Positions 1-7,498 of a stretch of DNA of 18,152 bases are shown one piece after another. Position 1 is the first letter of the stretch, and the number at the start of each line of letters is the position of its first letter. Under the pieces are notes generated by a model, which worked only from the letters and a program-made list of their open reading frames with translations, had not been told where the DNA came from and searched no databases. The stretch is from positions 1 to 18,152 of the IMG/VR virus record IMGVR_UViG_2645727555_000018; one strand, 5' to 3'. The DNA is from a virus. Its lineage: Duplodnaviria > Heunggongvirae > Uroviricota > Caudoviricetes. The position numbers and the translations under genes were made by a program.

Positions 1-104
1 CATATAACCACCTGAAAGACAATGACATTGCCTGTTTTTATAACGGTAATTGCAGACCATGACAAGCCGCAGCCGTCAGGCTGCCTACTCGAAATCGCCC
101 ATAT

Positions 105-479
105 TTACCACCAGGCGCAGAAGGTCAGTCTGTTATTGTGAAAGTCGTGGTTCTTAATCAGATCTTCCACAAGCTCTTTCAACTCCCCCACATCATGCCA
201 GTAACCTTCATCGTACTCCTGACTGCCGAAGAAAAAACCTTCCCGGGTAGGCAAGTACTCTTCGCAATTACTTTCGTTTATGTGCATCAAATGAGCTTTC
301 AGAAGACAAATGTCATTCATCGTTAATTCTAAAAGCTCACAATTTTCGACTTCACCTACGTTGCGCTCCATCCACCCAACGAGCGCATTGAACTTACGGA
401 AGTAAGCAACCTGCTTTCTGGATGCCTCGTTATTCAGATCGTTTTTAGGCTGTGTCTCGATATAGATATCAAGTCCCAT
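105..479 (-). CDS. hypothetical protein (accessory, phage-like); the six-frame ORF runs to 521 but the SD-backed ATG is at 479
   Basis: Long minus-strand ORF. AAGGA lies 8 nt upstream of ATG(479). The alternative starts at 515/521 fall inside the predicted -10 element (TGTGAAAAT) of its own promoter. Confidence 0.5.
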   Translation of the reverse strand: MGLDIYIETQPKNDLNNEASRKQVAYFRKFNALVGWMERNVGEVENCELLELTMNDICLLKAHLMHINESNCEEYLPTREGFFFGSQEYDEGYWHDVGELKELVEDLIKNHDFHNNRLTFCAWW

Positions 480-509
480 GATGGTTTCCTTATTAAGTTG
501 CTTCAGTGA

Positions 510-552
510 AATCATTTTCACAAATCAGATAAGGCAGAAAACAAATTGTTAT
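510..552 (-). promoter_or_regulatory. promoter/operator module: dyad GAAAACAAATTGTT (536-550) plus extended -10 TGTGAAAAT
   Basis: Same dyad recurs at least 9 times in the window. Here it sits where a -35 would be, just downstream of the terminator at 561-588 and upstream of gene 105..479. Confidence 0.4.
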
Positions 553-560
553 CGGGCATA

Positions 561-588
561 ATAAAATGGCGCGGTTTGCGCGCCATTT
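561..588 (-). terminator. intrinsic terminator after gene 597..923
   Basis: Stem AATGGCGCG/CGCGCCATT (565-587) with loop GTTTG, followed on the minus strand by UUUUAU (561-566 plus-strand A-run). Confidence 0.6.
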
Positions 589-596
589 AAAGAGGA

Positions 597-923
597 TTAA
601 GCGAATACGCTTTCAGGGATTAAGGTGTCGGCAGGAATGCCAGAGGTAATGCGCAGACCGTACTGGCCAATCCAGGTGGTGCTGGTGTTCAGGCTGGAGG
701 CGAATACGGTGTTAACCATATTCATCATGGTTTCAAACACCTCTTCATCAACCTGGCGGAAGTAGTTCTCGATTTTCAGCAGCAGCGGGTCAGTTGCATC
801 GAGAATGGACTGGTATTGAGTCGCGTACTCGCCGCCGGAGGCATCACCTTTACGCACGATCGTACTGGCCTGGACTTCGGCACCAGTTTCGGTGTTGTAC
901 GTAACAACGGTGATTTTTGCCAC
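597..923 (-). CDS. hypothetical protein; probably the 3' part of a longer gene split at an A6 tract (see 961..993)
   Basis: GTG start at 923 with GAAGGTAAG SD. The reading frame stays open upstream to 989 and encodes protein-like sequence (KKLTVDVYYASETAEGKN) that resembles the downstream sequence. Confidence 0.5.
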   Translation of the reverse strand: MAKITVVTYNTETGAEVQASTIVRKGDASGGEYATQYQSILDATDPLLLKIENYFRQVDEEVFETMMNMVNTVFASSLNTSTTWIGQYGLRITSGIPADTLIPESVFA

Positions 924-960
924 ATTCTTACCTTCGGCGGTTTCAGAGGCATAGTAAACA

Positions 961-993
961 TCAACTGTCAGTTTTTTCGCGTTTAACGGTCAT
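961..993 (-). CDS. 10-codon ORF (MTVKREKTDS) with strong SD; likely the true 5' end of gene 597..923 joined by a +1 frame change at the A6 run
   Basis: GGAGAG 8 nt upstream of ATG(993). The A6 run (plus-strand T6 at 972-977) lies exactly at the junction between the two frames. Confidence 0.35.
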   Translation of the reverse strand: MTVKREKTDS

Positions 994-1021
994 TTCACTC
1001 TCCGTAGTGTATTGGTTATTT

Positions 1022-1058
1022 TTATATTCTATGATCGTAAGTATGTACTTACAATACA
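1022..1058 (-). promoter_or_regulatory. sigma70-like promoter (TTGTAA, 17 bp, TAGAAT) with palindrome GTAAGTA-TG-TACTTAC (1037-1052) in the spacer
   Basis: Read on the minus strand: TTGTAA GTACATACTTACGATCA TAGAAT, about 25 nt upstream of the SD for ATG(993). Confidence 0.35.
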
Positions 1059-1084
1059 GAAAAGCCCCGTAAGGATGGCGGGGC
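1056..1084 (-). terminator. intrinsic terminator after gene 1120..1431
   Basis: Stem GCCCCG/CGGGGC (1064-1069 / 1079-1084) followed on the minus strand by CUUUUCUG. Confidence 0.6.
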
Positions 1085-1119
1085 TGTCGTACTGTCGACT
1101 AATTACCACTTGCACATTA

Positions 1120-1431
1120 TCAGGCTATTGCCATCACTGATGCTCTCTGAATTTCTTGCTGGGCCACGCGGTTAACTTCCATCAAAGCCAGTTCGAGCTG
1201 ATGTTCCGGCCACATTCTTTGAAATGCCATCCAGCCTTTTCCACGCTGGCGACGAACATTCATTACATAACGAGTAAAGGTGTTTTTATCGAAAGACACC
1301 GCTGTTTCACGGAACAGACGAATAGAGGTTCCATTGGCAACGATGTCCAGCAAAGTTAATTGAGCAACCAGCGCAGGCTTCTCTTTTCTCTTCTGGTCTT
1401 TGTCCAGACCAAGAACCAATGATTTTTTCAT
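1120..1431 (-). CDS. hypothetical small basic protein (103 aa); ORF runs to 1473 but the SD-backed ATG is at 1431
   Basis: GGAG 5 nt upstream of ATG(1431). The 14 upstream codons are simply the translated promoter motif. Lys/Arg-rich N-terminal region. A terminator follows the stop. Confidence 0.55.
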   Translation of the reverse strand: MKKSLVLGLDKDQKRKEKPALVAQLTLLDIVANGTSIRLFRETAVSFDKNTFTRYVMNVRRQRGKGWMAFQRMWPEHQLELALMEVNRVAQQEIQRASVMAIA

Positions 1432-1478
1432 CACAACTCCGTAAACAACTTGTTTTCTCAATGGCGTAAACAATACCA
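1432..1478 (-). promoter_or_regulatory. promoter/operator module (dyad AAACAAGTTGTTT immediately upstream of SD)
   Basis: Minus strand reads CCATTGAGAAAACAAGTTGTTTACGGAGTTGTGATG; same module family as 1915..1970, 5147..5232, 16991..17040 and 17699..17755. Confidence 0.4.
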
Positions 1479-1548
1479 GTAAGAAAACGGCTACAAAGCA
1501 TAATGATCAGGCGCATGAGCGATATGCAGGTTCTTCCCTGCGGCTATA

Positions 1549-1575
1549 GAGAAATTAAGCCAGCAATGCTGGCTT
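1549..1575 (-). terminator. intrinsic terminator after gene 1585..1914
   Basis: Stem AAGCCAG/CTGGCTT with 5-nt loop (1557-1575), followed on the minus strand by AAUUUCUC. Confidence 0.45.
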
Positions 1576-1584
1576 TGGTTGGGA

Positions 1585-1914
1585 TTACGCGAATACCTCA
1601 AGAAACTCCTGAACGTCCCAATGCTGGACGAGGTGAAGATAGACCTTAGAAATCACGTCATTTTCGCTATCGCATGTGAAGTAGTACTTCTGGCTGCGGT
1701 TGTATGTGTCCACACAAAATTCGCTCATATCCATAAAGTCAGCATCTTCACCCATGTCGCAAATCATCAAAGCAGGTGCGTCATCACGAGTCATCAGCTC
1801 CAGCACCCATCTTGAATTAATCAGAGTGGAAGACCAACCTTCCAGCTCATAGAACTGGTCAAATTCTTTTTGAGTCAATTTCTTGATTTGGTTGATGTCG
1901 ATATTTGCAAACAT
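1585..1914 (-). CDS. hypothetical acidic protein (109 aa); ORF runs to 1935 but the SD-backed ATG is at 1914
   Basis: AAGGA 7 nt upstream of ATG(1914). The first 7 ORF codons are the translated promoter dyad. Confidence 0.55.
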   Translation of the reverse strand: MFANIDINQIKKLTQKEFDQFYELEGWSSTLINSRWVLELMTRDDAPALMICDMGEDADFMDMSEFCVDTYNRSQKYYFTCDSENDVISKVYLHLVQHWDVQEFLEVFA

Positions 1915-1970
1915 AAAGGAATCCTTAAACAACATGTTTTCTTGATGGTGTTATTATCGCAATAACACAC
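1915..1970 (-). promoter_or_regulatory. promoter/operator module: extended -10 TGCGATAAT followed by dyad AAACATGTTGTTT, then SD
   Basis: Minus strand reads TTGCGATAATAACACCATCAAGAAAACATGTTGTTTAAGGA. Almost the same string precedes the methyltransferase gene at 16991..17040. Confidence 0.45.
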
Positions 1971-2277
1971 AGGCGAAAAAGGATTTTATTCCGGTGAATG
2001 TGGTTTTGGCAGTGAGTTTTCAGGTTCAGTACCGAGTACACTTTTTACATTATTCTGATTTAGTGGCCGAAAGTGGCTGGTGGGCAGAATAATCCTCTCC
2101 CCGAAAACCTACTGAAATCGATTGTGACCCGTTGGCTGTCTGGCACAATTACGCTGTAGCTGGCATTCAGAGGGAATCCAGCGGTAAGCAAGTCCGCCTG
2201 CACGTGAGCGCCTCTCTTCTTCCCGCACATTACAGGTGGGTAGCCGCAACTCTCCCTCTCGCTATACCGGTACGCCA

Positions 2278-2424
2278 CCGTTCCTGAACCGGCATCGAGC
2301 CTTTTCCCGAAATCCACACAGGCAACTCGACCGTTTCCCTGAAAACCTCCAGCCGTTCCCCGAAGGCAACCCAGCCGTTTCTGTAGCGGGATGCAGCCTT
2401 TTCCCTGTATGGACCGAAGGCTGA
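2278..2424. repeat. array of six imperfect ~22-bp tandem direct repeats (consensus CCGTTYCCYGAA-N7-8-CAG); iteron- or centromere-like
   Basis: Units start at 2278, 2300, 2331, 2353, 2375 and 2397. Three are exactly 22 bp. The period is not a multiple of 3, so the overlapping ORF 2060..2566 is unlikely to be coding. Confidence 0.55.
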
Positions 2425-2460
2425 CCGTAGGGGTGTTACGGGGGATGGAATCAGGAGTTG

Positions 2461-2494
2461 AATAAATACGAAAAAGGAGGCGACACCCCTCCTT
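2461..2494 (-). terminator. intrinsic terminator at the 3' end of the G-poor noncoding segment
   Basis: Stem AAGGAGG/CCTCCTT (2474-2480 / 2488-2494) with 7-nt loop, followed on the minus strand by UUUCGUAUUUAUU. Confidence 0.5.
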
Positions 2495-3335
2495 CCCTCT
2501 CCACTTATACATACCTGGCTTCTTCGCTATACATGTTGTGTTTTCTTCGTGTTTTATCTGTCTCAACCTCTCTATAGGCGTTAATGCTCACTCCTTCCAG
2601 AACGTTCTATACGGCGACTATTTCTGTTGGTGAATTGGGTGTGTTGTTTTCTCTGTCGGTGTATGTGGTTTCGTTAGTTTTGCGGTGGTTCTTCTATGGG
2701 GTGTTCTCGTCGTTTTGGTGATTGTTCTTCTCCGTGTATGGAGTAATGGCAGGTGGGCGAATCCTTTCGTTATTGTGTTTGAGTTGTTTGTCTGGAGTGT
2801 GAAGGGCTTTTGTAGTTATTCGTGTATTGGGTAATGGCGTTTCCCGTGATTGTTCTGTTTCGTGTCTTTTGGGATTGAGAGAATCCTTGCGGTAACAGGC
2901 TTCGTTGGGGTTTCAGTGGTTCAGGTGTTTCTTCGCTGTTTGGGTAATGGCGTGTCGTGGGTATCGCGCGTATGAATATTTTCGGATTGCCTGTGAAAGT
3001 TAGGTTGGTTGTCCGGTAGCCTGGGGAGAAGAGGTGGGTCTTTTCGGTAGCCTGCCATAAAGAGGTTGGTTGTTTTGGGGAATGGCATGTGTGTTATTTA
3101 GTTGTTTTGTTATAGCTGAAAATAAGTTGTTTATATAGTTATGTAACGCAATGGGAGTGATTTTGAGCGTGTGTTTTTGTTGGTAGTGTGTTGGGTCGTC
3201 TGTGGTGAAAATTGGACGCTGTGGCGCTGTCTGCTGCGTAGAATTACGGGTATAAGAAGTGATGTGTGAATACGTCAATTTTTTAGACCAAATCGGGTGA
3301 AAGCGTTGACGTTTCGTTGATCTGTTATTTAGTTG
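2495..3335 (-). ncRNA. candidate long noncoding transcript, C/A-rich and G-poor on the minus strand; function unknown
   Basis: No convincing ORF in any frame. Plus strand is extremely G+T rich (for 2641-2700: G20 T30 C7 A3). Bounded by a degenerate promoter motif at 3336-3370 and the terminator at 2461-2494. Contains internal repeats GGGTAATGGCG (2744, 2830, 2943, 3081) and CGGTAGCCTG (3016, 3045). Confidence 0.25.
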
Positions 3336-3370
3336 TTTTCTTATTGGTATAAACAACGTTAACCTATTGA
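3336..3370 (-). promoter_or_regulatory. degenerate copy of the promoter module (TTGTTTTCTTATTGG half-dyad)
   Basis: Matches the right half of the module (CCAATAAGAAAACAA on the minus strand) but has lost the second dyad arm and has no SD or ORF behind it. Confidence 0.3.
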
Positions 3371-3485
3371 TATTTAAAGGTGTGATTGCAGGTATGGAAG
3401 AAGAGTAGTGGCGATCAACGGATTCTTATAGAAAAGAATCAAATTGTGACCGCCATTATCAACTGATTGATTAAGCTAATTACAC

Positions 3486-4715
3486 TCAAACATCCCCGTT
3501 CTTAATCCACTGCCTGACTTGCTCGTCTTGTGCGACTTCTTTCTCATGTTTGGCAATATACAAGTCTGGCAATAGGGGTGGAGCGAATTCAGGCTCTGTC
3601 GCACGCCACTTTTCATATGCGTCACGCATGGATTTCTCAACATTCCAATGCTCCAACTCTTGGTATTCAATCGGCCAGTTATCCTGCAATCTCTTCACTG
3701 CATTAGCCAGGTCGTATCGGAAGTAAGGATTAAGACCAATGAAATTACCAGCCAGCATGTCATCAACCTCCTTCACTCTGGCAATCTTAGAAAACTTACC
3801 AATAGCAATGTTGAGGTCCCAATCTGACACGAACAACAAAAGTGCTGCAAATGCCAGAAACTTAGCTTCCCCGTATGCTCTGTCGCTAACCGTTTTTGTC
3901 TGAAACTCAATGTAATTGCCCATCACAAAACTAGTAAGCTTACAGGTCTTACTTATCTCGTCCTCCAAATGCGATGGATCGAGAATTGTGCGGTCACGAT
4001 TATTGTTTATGTGTTCTAAGATTACAGCAATGTCTCTATGTGAGACTGAAATTTCACGCAATTGCTGGAGAGTCTTGATGTGAACTCTTAGCACCTCTTT
4101 GTCAATCGCACGCTTCCAAGAAAAACCAGGCACAGTAACCTGAATGGGCGCGAAAGGTAGAATATCAGGAGTTGTCCATGCTAGATATGCATCACGTAAC
4201 CCACTAATATAATAAAGCCAGTCTAAATGCTCGCTTTCTAACCATATTTCAAATGTGGAATCCTTTCGCTTATTGAAGAACCATTCCCTCATCTGCCACA
4301 TTTTTTCTTGAGTAAATATCCCTTCCTGTATGCCGGCACAGACCAGCTTTCGTATTACCTGCGAATACTTTGTTCGATCTTTTGTGAATGAGACAAGGTG
4401 CTGCTTCACCTCAGATGTTAGTCTATCTCCATAGAAATCACATGATGGATGATGGCCTTGACCATCTTCACCGGTAAATCTGAAATGCGCCTTCTTGTGA
4501 TAGCCACCATTCCTAGTGGCTCTAACGAACGAACCACCTCCAACTTTGCAAATGGGGCAGATGATATCGTCACGGGCAATAGCATGAACCGAGCTGTCAT
4601 CTAAATTCTTTAGCGCCAAGTACTGCTCAGGATCGACTTCTTTTTGTAACGATTTTGAAAAAGCGGTATCAGTCATTCCAAGCTCCGAGCAAGGGGTTAT
4701 TTGTTCAATTATCAT
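3486..4715 (-). CDS. hypothetical 396-409 aa protein with N-terminal Cys/His zinc-ribbon-like motif; AT-rich cargo gene
   Basis: Long ORF. Motif CPICK...(29 aa)...HHPSCDF. ATG at 4676 has a GGAG SD, ATG at 4715 has none. GC content visibly lower than neighbours. None of the shared promoter modules upstream. Confidence 0.6.
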   Translation of the reverse strand: MIIEQITPCSELGMTDTAFSKSLQKEVDPEQYLALKNLDDSSVHAIARDDIICPICKVGGGSFVRATRNGGYHKKAHFRFTGEDGQGHHPSCDFYGDRLTSEVKQHLVSFTKDRTKYSQVIRKLVCAGIQEGIFTQEKMWQMREWFFNKRKDSTFEIWLESEHLDWLYYISGLRDAYLAWTTPDILPFAPIQVTVPGFSWKRAIDKEVLRVHIKTLQQLREISVSHRDIAVILEHINNNRDRTILDPSHLEDEISKTCKLTSFVMGNYIEFQTKTVSDRAYGEAKFLAFAALLLFVSDWDLNIAIGKFSKIARVKEVDDMLAGNFIGLNPYFRYDLANAVKRLQDNWPIEYQELEHWNVEKSMRDAYEKWRATEPEFAPPLLPDLYIAKHEKEVAQDEQVRQWIKNGDV

Positions 4716-4846
4716 TCGGAATTATTTACTGTCTCGCCCAGTTTCACGTCATTTTATTCCCTAGTCTAGCTTTTCTAGGGTATACAGCTTATTACAAGCT
4801 CCTCATTATTAACTGTTTCCGTAACTCATTGATCCGCTTATACACT

Positions 4847-5146
4847 CTACCAACACCAGCACTCAAGCCCTTCAACGATCGGCGCACCACAATCAAAATG
4901 TACAGAGTCAAAGCCTACATCAAGTACTTTCTGAATGTTAGCAATCGCGCCTTCGGATATACCATATCGACGCAAGTCGTCTTTCCAGACATCATCCTGT
5001 AACCCGGCGTGGACAATACAACCGCCATCAATTTGTGAAACCCAATCCAGCTCATTGCTTGCGATCATGAATCGGCGAGCATCTTCCTCTGATGTATGAG
5101 ATGAACTGATCAATGCCACCTGGTAGGCTTGGGTAATGTTCAACAT
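4847..5146 (-). CDS. hypothetical protein (about 100 aa)
   Basis: GGAG 9 nt upstream of ATG(5146); dual-dyad promoter module immediately upstream. Confidence 0.5.
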   Translation of the reverse strand: MLNITQAYQVALISSSHTSEEDARRFMIASNELDWVSQIDGGCIVHAGLQDDVWKDDLRRYGISEGAIANIQKVLDVGFDSVHFDCGAPIVEGLECWCW

Positions 5147-5232
5147 TTCAACCACTCCGAAACAATTTGTTTTCTTATGTGGCTTATTATCTCAATCAAC
5201 AAAAGGTAGAAAACAAATTGTTTTAGGGCTTG
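5147..5232 (-). promoter_or_regulatory. dual-dyad promoter module: dyad 1 (5209-5224), extended -10 TGAGATAAT, dyad 2 (5158-5173), then SD
   Basis: Minus strand reads CCCTAAAACAATTTGTTTTCTACCTTTTGTTGATTGAGATAATAAGCCACATAAGAAAACAAATTGTTTCGGAG. It aligns almost base-for-base with 14040..14115. Confidence 0.45.
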
Positions 5233-5254
5233 TGTAAATCAGGAGGGATTGTGT

Positions 5255-5288
5255 CTATATGAAAATGCCCAGCGTGTTGCCGGGCATT
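5255..5288 (-). terminator. metG intrinsic terminator
   Basis: Imperfect stem AATGCCCAGC/GCCGGGCATT followed on the minus strand by UUUUCAUAU, 20 nt past the metG stop. Confidence 0.5.
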
Positions 5289-5307
5289 GCGAACAGAGGT
5301 TGCTTAA

Positions 5308-7341
5308 TTACTTAACCTGGTGGCCAGGTTTAGCACCAGCATCCGGGCTTAACAGGAAGATATCTTTCCCGCCGGGGCCAGCAGCCATCACCATGCCTTC
5401 AGAGATACCGAAGCGCATTTTACGCGGAGCCAGGTTAGCCACCATAATGGTGTGACGACCAATCAGTGCCTGTGGATCTGGATAAGCGGAACGGATGCCT
5501 GAGAAGACATTACGCTTTTCACCACCGAGATCCAGCGTCAGGCGAAGCAGTTTGTCAGAACCTTCGACAAACTCCGCGTTTTCAATCAGCGCTACACGCA
5601 GGTCAACTTTGGCGAAGTCGTCAAAGGTGATGGTTTCCTGAATCGGGTCGTCAGCCAGTGGGCCAGTTACCGGTGCAGCTGTGGCTTTCACTTCTTCTTT
5701 GGATGCTTCCACCAGTGCTTCCACCTGTTTCATATCGATACGGTTATACAGTGCCTTGAACGGATTCACTTTATGGCCCAGCAGCGGTTGCTGGATACCA
5801 TCCCAGGTCAGTTCTGTATTCAGGAATGCTTCTGCACGTTCAGTCAGTTTCGGCAGTACCGGTTTCAGGTACGTCATCAGCACGCGGAACAGGTTAATGC
5901 CCATAGAGCAAATCGCCTGCAGATCGGCATCGCGTCCTTCCTGCTTCGCCACCACCCACGGAGCCTGTTCATCGACATAGCGGTTAGCCAGATCAGCCAG
6001 CGCCATGATTTCACGAATCGCTTTACCAAATTCGCGGCTTTCCCATGCTTCACCAATCACTTCAGCGGCATCAGTAAAGGTTTTGTACAGTTGCGGGTCA
6101 GCCAGTTCGCCTGCCAGCACACCGTCAAAACGCTTATTGATAAAGCCCGCGTTACGGGACGCCAGATTCACCACTTTGTTCACGATATCGGCATTCACGC
6201 GCTGAACGAAATCCTCCAGGTTGAGATCGATATCATCAATGCGCGAAGAGAGTTTCGCAGTGTAGTAGTAACGCAGGCTGTCAGCGTCAAAATGATTCAG
6301 CCAGGTGCTGGCTTTAATAAAGGTGCCGCGAGACTTGGACATCTTCGCACCGTTCACCGTCACATAGCCATGAACAAATAGGTTGGTCGGCTTGCGGAAG
6401 TTGCTGCCTTCCAGCATGGCAGGCCAGAACAGGCTGTGGAAGTAAACGATATCTTTACCGATGAAGTGGTACAGCTCGGCGGTGGAGTCTTTCTTCCAGT
6501 ATTCGTCGAAGCTGGTAGTGTCGCCGCGTTTGTCGCACAGATTCTTGAAGGAACCCATGTAGCCAATCGGTGCGTCCAGCCAGACGTAGAAATATTTGCC
6601 CGGTGCGTTCGGAATTTCAAAACCGAAGTACGGCGCATCGCGGGAGATATCCCACTGTTGCAGGCCAGATTCAAACCACTCCTGCATTTTGTTTGCCACC
6701 TGCTCCTGCAACGCACCGCTGCGGGTCCATGCCTGCAACATTTCGCTGAAAGAGGGCAGATCAAAGAAGAAGTGTTCGGAATCACGCATTACCGGCGTAG
6801 CACCAGAAACTACCGATTTCGGCTCGATCAGTTCAGTCGGGCTGTAAGTCGCGCCGCAGACTTCACAGTTATCGCCGTATTGATCTGGCGCTTTACATTT
6901 AGGACAGGTGCCTTTTACAAAACGGTCCGGCAGGAACATGCCTTTTTCCGGGTCGTACAACTGAGAGATAGTGCGGTTTTTAATAAAACCGTTCTCTTTC
7001 AGGCGAGTATAGATAAGCTCAGACAACTGACGGTTCTCTTCGCTGTGCGTCGAGTGATAGTTGTCATAGCTGATGTTAAAGCCTGCGAAATCAGTCTGGT
7101 GTTCCTGACTCATTTCGCCAATCATCTGCTCCGGTGTGATACCAAGTTGCTGTGCTTTCAGCATGATCGGCGTACCGTGGGCATCGTCGGCACAGATGAA
7201 ATTAACCTCGTGGCCGCGCATTCGCTGGTAACGAACCCAGACATCAGCCTGGATGTGCTCCAGCATATGGCCGAGGTGGATTGAGCCGTTAGCGTACGGC
7301 AGCGCGCACGTCACCAGAATTTTCTTCGCGACTTGGGTCAT
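5308..7341 (-). CDS. metG: methionine--tRNA ligase (677 aa)
   Basis: N-terminus [29 protein letters not shown] with the class I HIGH-type motif (HLGH), the KMSKS motif (GAKMSKSRG) and a zinc-knuckle CPKC...CEVC. ORF extends to 7470 but the conserved start is ATG(7341). Confidence 0.97.
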   Translation of the reverse strand: MTQVAKKILVTCALPYANGSIHLGHMLEHIQADVWVRYQRMRGHEVNFICADDAHGTPIMLKAQQLGITPEQMIGEMSQEHQTDFAGFNISYDNYHSTHSEENRQLSELIYTRLKENGFIKNRTISQLYDPEKGMFLPDRFVKGTCPKCKAPDQYGDNCEVCGATYSPTELIEPKSVVSGATPVMRDSEHFFFDLPSFSEMLQAWTRSGALQEQVANKMQEWFESGLQQWDISRDAPYFGFEIPNAPGKYFYVWLDAPIGYMGSFKNLCDKRGDTTSFDEYWKKDSTAELYHFIGKDIVYFHSLFWPAMLEGSNFRKPTNLFVHGYVTVNGAKMSKSRGTFIKASTWLNHFDADSLRYYYTAKLSSRIDDIDLNLEDFVQRVNADIVNKVVNLASRNAGFINKRFDGVLAGELADPQLYKTFTDAAEVIGEAWESREFGKAIREIMALADLANRYVDEQAPWVVAKQEGRDADLQAICSMGINLFRVLMTYLKPVLPKLTERAEAFLNTELTWDGIQQPLLGHKVNPFKALYNRIDMKQVEALVEASKEEVKATAAPVTGPLADDPIQETITFDDFAKVDLRVALIENAEFVEGSDKLLRLTLDLGGEKRNVFSGIRSAYPDPQALIGRHTIMVANLAPRKMRFGISEGMVMAAGPGGKDIFLLSPDAGAKPGHQVK

Positions 7342-7498
7342 AGTAGGCATTACTTCTTTGTAGTGAAAAGGGGCTTGATAGTAACAAAATGGCCTTATGT
7401 CTGCCATGTGATAACAGCATTTCTCATAAATGATTAAATGTCGCAGCTGGAGTACACTACAAGGCGACAATTGCGCAAATTAAAATAAAGGAGACGGG
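7342..7498. promoter_or_regulatory. divergent metG / apbC promoter region
   Basis: 157-bp AT-rich intergenic spacer between the two divergent start codons; AAGGAG SD precedes the apbC ATG. Confidence 0.5.

Noticed and set aside
138-326. Plus-strand ORFs overlapping minus-strand accessory genes (e.g. 138..326, 1156..1359, 1579..1815, 4655..5002, 11345..12116, 12148..13177, 13716..14045, 14180..14599, 14710..15169, 15470..16850, 17426..17617, 17890..18072)
   Set aside because: Each is antisense to a longer minus-strand ORF that has an SD, a promoter module and often a terminator. None has its own signals.
2076-2083. Chi site GCTGGTGG
   Set aside because: A single occurrence in 18 kb is within chance expectation. 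It is noted only as context for the repeats.
2278-2424. CRISPR array or type III toxin-antitoxin RNA repeats
   Set aside because: The repeats are contiguous with no spacers and are only partly conserved. No cas gene or ToxN-like endoribonuclease gene lies directly downstream, so an iteron-like site is the better fit.
2060-2566. 168-aa minus-strand ORF across the tandem repeats, and plus-strand ORF 2236..2424
   Set aside because: TTG or GTG starts, Gly/Arg-rich low-complexity product. They span a 22-bp periodic repeat whose period is not a multiple of 3, and the terminator at 2461-2494 lies inside the ORF.
3000-3356. 118-aa minus-strand ORF in the skewed segment
   Set aside because: It begins with the translated promoter motif (MFIPIRKQL, the same artefact as at 1473) and continues as Q/T/P-rich low complexity dictated by the C/A-rich strand.
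4759-4780. Hairpin CCCTAG...CTAGGG downstream of gene 4847..5146
   Set aside because: Not followed by a U-tract on the minus strand, so it is not called as an intrinsic terminator. It may still be a protein-binding palindrome.
5681-7284. Plus-strand ORFs inside metG (5681..5980, 5773..6381, 6005..6205, 6436..7284, 6596..6847) and minus-strand ORF 6360..6785
   Set aside because: They lie antisense to, or out of frame within, a highly conserved housekeeping gene. Amino-acid composition is Arg/Ser/Cys-rich and low complexity. These are shadow ORFs.
7341-7470. N-terminal 43-codon extension of the metG ORF (720 aa)
   Set aside because: The conserved MetG N-terminus begins at MTQVAKKIL (ATG 7341). 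The upstream codons are the translated promoter region.
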